64,000 nucleotides of DNA from an uncultured virus (IMG/VR IMGVR_UViG_3300021559_000316). Lineage: Duplodnaviria; Heunggongvirae; Uroviricota; Caudoviricetes. Position 1 is the first letter of the stretch; every line of letters starts with the position of its first letter. The notes under the pieces were generated by a model. That model was not told where the DNA came from. It saw only the letters and a list, made by a program, of their open reading frames with translations, and did not search any database. The stretch lies in the IMG/VR virus record IMGVR_UViG_3300021559_000316. One strand, given 5' to 3'. The position numbers and the translations under genes are program-made. Of the stretch, positions 58,056 to 64,000 are shown in pieces.

Positions 58056-59053
58056 AGACCGATCAAGATCTCCGTCCCACGTCCCTCGACGACTTCGTCA
58101 GCCAGCATCAGACGATCGCGACGCTCCGGCGCGCGATCACCGCCGCGCGCCGCGCCGGCCGCCCGGTCGGGCACCTGCTGTTCGCCGGAATGGCGGGATG
58201 CGGCAAGACGTCGCTCGCGGCCGTCGTCGCCGCGGAGATGGGCGCGAAGTTCGTCGCGACGACCGGCCCGGCAATCGAGCACCGCGGCGAGCTGGCCGCG
58301 CTGCTCACCGGCCTCGGCGCCGGCGACGTGCTCTTCGTCGACGAGATCCACGGCCTGGACAAGAAGCTCCAGGAGATCTTGTACTCGGCGATGGAAGACG
58401 GTGTCGTCGATCTCGCCGCCGGCAAGAAGATGATCCGCATGCAGCTGCCGGCGTTCACGCTGATCGGCGCCACGACGCGGACACACCTCCTCACCGGCCC
58501 GCTCCGCGATCGGTTCGCGTACACCTTCCAGATCGGCCACTACGACGACGTCGATCTCCAGGCGATCGTGGGCCGCTCCGCCCGCCGCCTCGGCCTGCCG
58601 ATGGACGACGACGCGGCCGCGGAAATCGGTCGCCGATCGCGCGGCACGCCGCGCGTCGCCAACCGCCTCGTGCGCGCGGCGCGCGACTTCGTCGAGTCGG
58701 TCGGCGCCACGCGCGTGACCTCGATCGTCGCGGCGGCGGCCCTTGACGCGATCGGCGTCGACGATCTCGGCCTCGACACCACTGATCGGACCTACCTCGC
58801 GATCGTCGCCGAGGCTGGCGCGCCGATCGGCCTGGAGGCCATCGCGTCCGCGATGGGCACCGAGCGCGGCACGATCGAGGACGTGATCGAGCCGCACCTC
58901 GTCGCGCGCGGCCTCGTGCGCCGCACGTCGCGCGGGCGCGTCGCAACCGCCGCCGGCATCCAGCACCTCCAGCCGCGCGCGGATCGCTGGGCGCCGAAGA
59001 GCCGGATGATCAGCGAAGGCAACGATGTCATCGACGCGGAGCTGGTCTCGTGA
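58052..59053 (+). CDS. ruvB: Holliday junction branch migration ATPase RuvB
   Basis: LRPTSLDDFVSQ, GMAGCGKTS, LFVDEIH, LYSAMED, FTLIGATTR, PLRDRF, SRGTPRVAN, IEPHL...RTSRGR. Confidence 0.95.
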   Translation: MKTDQDLRPTSLDDFVSQHQTIATLRRAITAARRAGRPVGHLLFAGMAGCGKTSLAAVVAAEMGAKFVATTGPAIEHRGELAALLTGLGAGDVLFVDEIHGLDKKLQEILYSAMEDGVVDLAAGKKMIRMQLPAFTLIGATTRTHLLTGPLRDRFAYTFQIGHYDDVDLQAIVGRSARRLGLPMDDDAAAEIGRRSRGTPRVANRLVRAARDFVESVGATRVTSIVAAAALDAIGVDDLGLDTTDRTYLAIVAEAGAPIGLEAIASAMGTERGTIEDVIEPHLVARGLVRRTSRGRVATAAGIQHLQPRADRWAPKSRMISEGNDVIDAELVS

Positions 59054-61539
59054 GCGACAAGGCCGACTGGTTCGACGTCTCGCGAAAGGGCCTCGCCAAG
59101 CTGATCGAGCGGCGCGGCAAGATCTGGCTCCTGCACGAGCTGATCGCCAACGCGTGGGATGCCGACGACGTCACGACTGTCGAGGTGGTGCTCGAGCCCG
59201 AGGAGGGCCGGCCGCTCGTGACGGTGCTCGTGCGCGACGACGCGCCGGACGGATTCGCGCTCGATGTTGCTACGCCGATTCCGACTCCCAGTGGATGGTC
59301 CACCATGGGACAAGTTCAGGTCGGCGACCTGATCTACGACGATGGCGGAAAGATCCGTCACGTCATCGCCAAGACCGACGTGATGTATGATCGGCCCTGT
59401 TACGAAGTCGTTTTTGCCGATGGAGAAGTGCTCGTCGCAGACGCGAATCACCTTTGGACCGTCACAGACGACAACGATCGCGCAAGGAATCGGCCCGCCC
59501 GCATCTTGACAACAGCGCAGCTGGCTGAACGCGTAGGTCAAGGGCGCCAAGACCGCAGACATCTATCAACAGGGATACAAGCAGTCCTCGAAACACCCTC
59601 CCTCGCGCTACCAGTTGACCCGTACTTGCTGGGCTACTGGCTCGGAGACGGCACCAAACGCACCAGTGTGATAGCTGTTGCAAAACGTGATGCCGAACAT
59701 CTTCGAGATCGAGCGGAACGTGCCGGTTATAAATTTCGACATAACGGAAGCTACTCAGCCTCGCTGCACGGTCTACTCGAAGATCTCCGCACGCTCGGCG
59801 TCCTAGACGAAAAGCACATCCCTCAACTTTACTTGCGCGGCGGGGTTCAACAGCGCTTAGAGCTGCTGCAAGGCTTGGTTGATTCCGATGGCTGCTCATC
59901 CTCCGTTCAACACAGTCGCCGGGCAGAATTCGTCAACACCAACCTGAAGCTCATCGAAGGTTTCGAGGAGTTGGTGCAATCGCTCGGCGGAAGAATAACT
60001 AGACGACTGAGAGGGCGCGCCGGGAAGGTATATCCCGGCATCAAAGGCGGTAAGCCGATCGTACAACGCAAGGACGTTTATCGCGTCTCGTTCACTGTTC
60101 CGTATCTTGCCTTCGCCCTTCCACGCAAGGCTGCGCAGTTTTATCCAGCGACAGAGCGTCAGCGTCGACGCATGATCAAAGCTGTTCGACCGTGCGCTTC
60201 ACGCCCTGTTGTCTGCATCACGACGGATGCGCCGTCGGGGCAGTTTCTTTGCGGTCGATCGATGGTTGCAACACACAACTGCGATATCACGCACGCATGG
60301 ACCCTGTTCGCGGAATCGAACCGCAAGGGCCAGGCGCAGAAAAGAGGCAGATTCGCGATCGGTGAAAAACTTGTGCTCGCGCTGTGCGAGGAGGCGTCGA
60401 TCATCTCGACCAAGGGCGCGGTGCTGTTCGACGGCCGCGGACGATCGAGCATGCGGGCCCGCCGCGATCGCGGCACCGAGTTCCAGGGCATCGCGCGGAT
60501 CACGCGCGCCGAGCTGGCCGAGATCCGCGAGGGGCTCGCCAGGATGATCCCGCCGCCGCACGTCGCGACCTTCGTCGACGGCAAGAGGCTGCCGACGCGG
60601 GATCCGATCAAGACGATCGAGGCGACGCTGCCGACCGAGATCGCGGACGAAGACGGCCTCATCCGGCGCACGGCGCGGAAGTGCACCGTTCACGTCCACG
60701 AGACGCTGCCGGGCGAGACGGGGACGCTCTACGAGATGGGCGTGCCGATAACCGAGACCGGCGATCGATGGAGTGTGGACATCCAACAGAAAGTCCCACT
60801 CAGTATGGAGCGCGACAACGTCACACCCGCGTACCTGCGCGCCATCCGCACGCTGGTCGTCAACGCGCTCCACGACAAGCTCACGGAGGAAGACGCGAGC
60901 ACGTCGCTCGTGAACGACGCGCTGGCCGATGAGAGGGCCACGCCCGAGGCCGTGTCGAGCGCGATCGACGCCAAGTACGGCAAGAAGCGCGCGGTGTTCG
61001 ATCCGAGTGATCCCGAGGCGAATATGAACCTCGTCTCGCAGGGCTACACGCTCATCAAGGGCGGACAGCTCACGCGATCGCAATGGGACAACGTCAGGAA
61101 GCACGGCGCCGCGCAGCCGGCCGGTCAGATCGCACCGACCAAGAAGGCGCTGTTCTCGCCGGACGGCGAGGACAACTGGGTGCCCGAGGAAAAGTGGACG
61201 CCGGCGATCCGCGCCGTCGTGGCGTACGCTCGCGCCATCTGCCGCGATCTCCTCGGCGCGTCCACGCGCGTCGGTGTCCTGTCGGACATCAAGGTCAGCT
61301 GGGCCGCGTGCTTTGGCAGCAGCCAGGGCCTCGTGTTCAACCTGGGGCGCCTCGGCCACGACTTCTTCGAGGCGTGCGAGCGCGGCCCGACCGATCAGCT
61401 GAATCAGCTGATCATCCACGAGCTGGGTCACGACGCCGCACCGAACCACCTCGACGAGAGCTACCACGAGGCGCTGTGCGCACTCGGTGCCAAGCTCGCG
61501 CGACTCGCCCTCACCAAGCCGGAGATGTTCAGGTGGTGA
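59050..61539 (+). CDS. GHKL (HATPase_c) ATPase with intein and C-terminal HExxH zincin-like motif
   Basis: ELIANAWDA, DDAPDGF|CDITHA, RGRFAIGEK, GTEF; C-terminal IIHELGH...H. Confidence 0.85.
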   Translation: MSDKADWFDVSRKGLAKLIERRGKIWLLHELIANAWDADDVTTVEVVLEPEEGRPLVTVLVRDDAPDGFALDVATPIPTPSGWSTMGQVQVGDLIYDDGGKIRHVIAKTDVMYDRPCYEVVFADGEVLVADANHLWTVTDDNDRARNRPARILTTAQLAERVGQGRQDRRHLSTGIQAVLETPSLALPVDPYLLGYWLGDGTKRTSVIAVAKRDAEHLRDRAERAGYKFRHNGSYSASLHGLLEDLRTLGVLDEKHIPQLYLRGGVQQRLELLQGLVDSDGCSSSVQHSRRAEFVNTNLKLIEGFEELVQSLGGRITRRLRGRAGKVYPGIKGGKPIVQRKDVYRVSFTVPYLAFALPRKAAQFYPATERQRRRMIKAVRPCASRPVVCITTDAPSGQFLCGRSMVATHNCDITHAWTLFAESNRKGQAQKRGRFAIGEKLVLALCEEASIISTKGAVLFDGRGRSSMRARRDRGTEFQGIARITRAELAEIREGLARMIPPPHVATFVDGKRLPTRDPIKTIEATLPTEIADEDGLIRRTARKCTVHVHETLPGETGTLYEMGVPITETGDRWSVDIQQKVPLSMERDNVTPAYLRAIRTLVVNALHDKLTEEDASTSLVNDALADERATPEAVSSAIDAKYGKKRAVFDPSDPEANMNLVSQGYTLIKGGQLTRSQWDNVRKHGAAQPAGQIAPTKKALFSPDGEDNWVPEEKWTPAIRAVVAYARAICRDLLGASTRVGVLSDIKVSWAACFGSSQGLVFNLGRLGHDFFEACERGPTDQLNQLIIHELGHDAAPNHLDESYHEALCALGAKLARLALTKPEMFRW
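59257..60279 (+). mobile_element. class 3 (Ala1, WCT) intein with LAGLIDADG endonuclease (341 aa)
   Basis: Starts ALDVATPIPTPSGW; block B HLW; block F VCI; ends VATHN before Cys(+1); LGYWLGDG and LQGLVDSDG; more AT-rich. Confidence 0.9.
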
Positions 61540-62571
61540 CGAAGATCTATCCGGCGCGCATCGAGGGCGAGCCCATCGAGACGTGGTGGACGCGCATCGA
61601 TACGATCTGGACGGCGCACCTCGATCGCTGCGACGCGTGCAACTACGACGAGGAGTGCGTCGCCTGCGCGGTCGGCGGCCGCGAGGAGGCGGGGCACAAC
61701 TGCAACTGCTCGCAGGGGTGCGACGGCGGCTACGGCGCGCGCCTCTCCCAGCTGCACGAGGAAGCGCGGAAGGAGAAGATCGGACAATGATGCCGTACGA
61801 AGATCTGCTCACCCGCGTGATCGACGAGGGCATCGAGGCCGCGCGTGTCGACTACGGCAAGCGCGAAGACAAGCCGGAGATGCTGCGCGGGGCGATCGAC
61901 GGCTTCGAGGCATGCCGCGGCAAGAGCCCGCTCGAGCTCGCGGCGCTGTGGCAGCACGCGGAGCGGCAGGGCCACTTCACGCGATCGCGCGAGACGACGA
62001 TGGGCGACGCACAGACCTTCTGGTACTGGCGTTGCTACGCCAGCGAGCTGGAGTGGGTCGCGAACGTGCTCTCGGTCGGTCTCGTACAGAAGGGCCTACC
62101 GCCGATCTTGCCGTGGCTGCCAACCGCGCGCGGCACGCTCAAGTACGCCGAGATCGTCGGCGTCGAGGAGATCACTGCGTCGTGAGCGACGATCGCGATC
62201 CCCAGGCGAGGAAGCACCTGTCGATCCCCGATCGACAGCCGCAGCTCAGCTACGTCGTCCTGCCCGACGGCACGTCGACCGTCCGCTGCGCGTGCGGCTG
62301 GCAGCTCCCGCCGGCGGCGCCGAGCCCGTTCGACCCGACCGAGGCGCTCGTCGCCGCGCAGGGCGAGCACCGCGCGTGTCCGCCACCGACGTCCCCCACG
62401 CTGACCGATCTCGTCGATCGGGCAATCGCCGCGATCCGCGATCTCAACGATCGCTTCCTGCCGGCGCACACGCGGGAGCACGCCCTCGCCGCGCTCGATC
62501 TGCTCCAGATTGCGCGCGCGGAGATCACCCTCGATCACGACGAGGATCCGTGCCGCCTGGTGATCTCGTGA
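61536..62571 (+). other. three coupled hypothetical ORFs (61536..61790, 61787..62185, 62182..62571)
   Basis: GTGA/ATGA overlaps, GC3-rich codons. Confidence 0.65.
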
Positions 62572-62698
62572 TCCATCGCGACTACGACTACGACTACGTT
62601 AGTGAGGCTCTGAAGGTCGTCTGGGGCGCGCTGATCAAAAATGCCTGGAAGCACCAGCGCGAGTTCATCGTCTTCCGCGCCAAGAAAGGAACACCGCC

Positions 62699-63019
62699 AT
62701 GAAGAAAGCGATCTCCCTCCCCCTCATCGCGCTCGTCACCGCCTGCGCCGTCGCGCCGGCGGCCGAGACCACCCTGCTCGATCAGCGCGTCGAGCTCTAC
62801 GCCGCGCCGACCGACGTCGCCGGCGACGCGTGGACGATCCGGCCCAGCGACTACCTGATCGATCGGCCCCTCCACGTGACGCGCTTCGTCTCGGCCGATG
62901 GCGCCGCGATCGATCTCGACGCCACGATCCCGGCCGGCGGCGGGATCACCCTCCCCATCGCGGCGGCCGATCGCGTGATCGACGGATCGGGCCTCGCCAG
63001 CATCGAGGGCTGGTACTAA
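62699..63019 (+). CDS. putative lipoprotein
   Basis: MKK plus hydrophobic stretch plus LVTA-C lipobox-like site. Confidence 0.65.
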   Translation: MKKAISLPLIALVTACAVAPAAETTLLDQRVELYAAPTDVAGDAWTIRPSDYLIDRPLHVTRFVSADGAAIDLDATIPAGGGITLPIAAADRVIDGSGLASIEGWY

Positions 63020-63173
63020 GAAGATGACCCTGCGCGAGCGAGCACACGCGATCGAGCTGCGCGCGTACATCTTCGTGAAGACGCTGCTCTTCGCACGACT
63101 GTACAAGATGCCCTGGCGCCGCGCCGCGCGCGTCGCGTGGGACAACGCCCTGCGCCCGGCGAGGGAGGATTGA

Positions 63174-63987
63174 GTGTCTTTCACCTGCTACGCCTGCGTC
63201 GTGCGTCGCGGGCAGGCGCAGATCGCACGCCTGACGGAGTCCGAAGTCGTCGCGCGCGACGCCGCGCTGGGCGACAAGATCGATAGCGCCGTCGACGTGC
63301 TCGTTGCGGCGGGCATGACGCGAGAGCAGGCGAAGACGCGCGTCGACGAGCTGGCCACGCTGCCCGTCGAGATCCCGTCGTACTGGAAGATCGGCGATCA
63401 CGAGGCATGGCCCGGCGAGCAGGTCTGGCTCCCGGATTGGGGCGTATCGGTCGGGCCTTGCGAAGACTGCCGGAACGATCGACCGTGCAGGAACCTATGA
63501 GCAAGGACGACGACGATCAGCTCGCGGAGTTCATGGCGCTGCGCCGGGCGCATGCCGAGCAGCACGCCGATCTCGTGATCGCTCGCGGGCAACCGATCGG
63601 TCGCGACGAGATCGTCGCCGCGTACGTCGCCGGCCACGAGCGCGCGGCGATCGTCGCCTCGGCGCTGCACCGGATCGAGACCGATCGCTTCCACCGCAAG
63701 CTCGACTTGCTCGGCGGGCGGATCCGCCTGCCGAGCATTCCGAGGGAGAAGACGACTCGATGACGGTCGAAGACGCCGACAACGCCTGGCGCAAGATCAA
63801 GATCCGCGTCGTCTCGGACGACGAGATCCACTACTACGTCATCGAGCGCAACGGATCCTACGTGAGGCGCTACGTCCTCCACCGCGAGGAGGACGGTCGC
63901 TTCTACCCCTACAACAACAGGGGTCTGTTGGAGGGCCCACCCCTCACGATCGACCAGGCCCGCGAGCTGGAGAAAACGACGTGGTGA
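63174..63987 (+). other. three coupled hypothetical ORFs (63174..63500, 63497..63763, 63760..63987)
   Basis: ATGA overlaps, SD-like GAGG/GGAG. Confidence 0.65.
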
Positions 63988-64000
63988 CCTGTCAGATCTG

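Noticed and set aside
1..64000. Abundant CGATCG and TCGA words as a repeat family
   Set aside because: Dispersed inside coding sequence (Ile/Asp/Glu codon context), so a compositional signature rather than discrete elements; not quantified
1..64000. tRNA, rRNA, capsid, terminase, portal, tail or primase genes
   Set aside because: None recognisable by eye; they may lie outside the window or be too divergent, so tRNAscan and profile searches are needed

Overview
High-GC, gene-dense window that reads as part of a large temperate phage, prophage or virus-like element. The host is probably a myxobacterium (inference from two copies of a small protein I recognise from myxobacteria, plus a stand-alone receiver domain). 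No host housekeeping operons, rRNA, tRNA or CRISPR arrays are visible. (1) 0.1-12.6 kb is a replication, recombination and modification module: SNF2-type helicase, Cas4-like PD-(D/E)xK nuclease, Sak4/AAA_24 ATPase, DUF669-like SSB, a terminator followed by a DnaA-box cluster, a family-A DNA polymerase with an N-terminal family-4 uracil-DNA-glycosylase domain and a LAGLIDADG intein, a stand-alone NrdJ C-terminal (TSCPD) protein, an HNH nuclease and an MT-A70 methyltransferase. (2) 12.6-19.8 kb is the most novel-looking region: small membrane-anchored and protamine-like proteins that share [LM]-x-G(-x-G) motifs and C-terminal poly-Arg tails, preceded by a permuted papain-like enzyme. Many of these genes have their own leaderless TAnnnT-N6-start promoter. 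It resembles a proteolytically matured, membrane-containing virion module with adenovirus-core-like logic (inference). (3) 19.8-25.6 kb is a leftward arm with a tyrosine recombinase, followed by a divergent switch near 25.65 kb. (4) 25.7-64 kb is a very long rightward array of translationally coupled small ORFs. It includes GroES-like, XseB, metallophosphoesterase, a second tyrosine recombinase, a truncated Dcm, Mom, an XRE repressor with tandem operators, a REC protein, a shuffled Ead/Ea22-like paralog family, and a membrane-anchored RuvA-CTD / RuvB / intein-containing GHKL-ATPase-zincin operon. I could not recognise a capsid, portal, terminase or packaging ATPase in the window. All family calls come from motif recognition by eye, not database searches.
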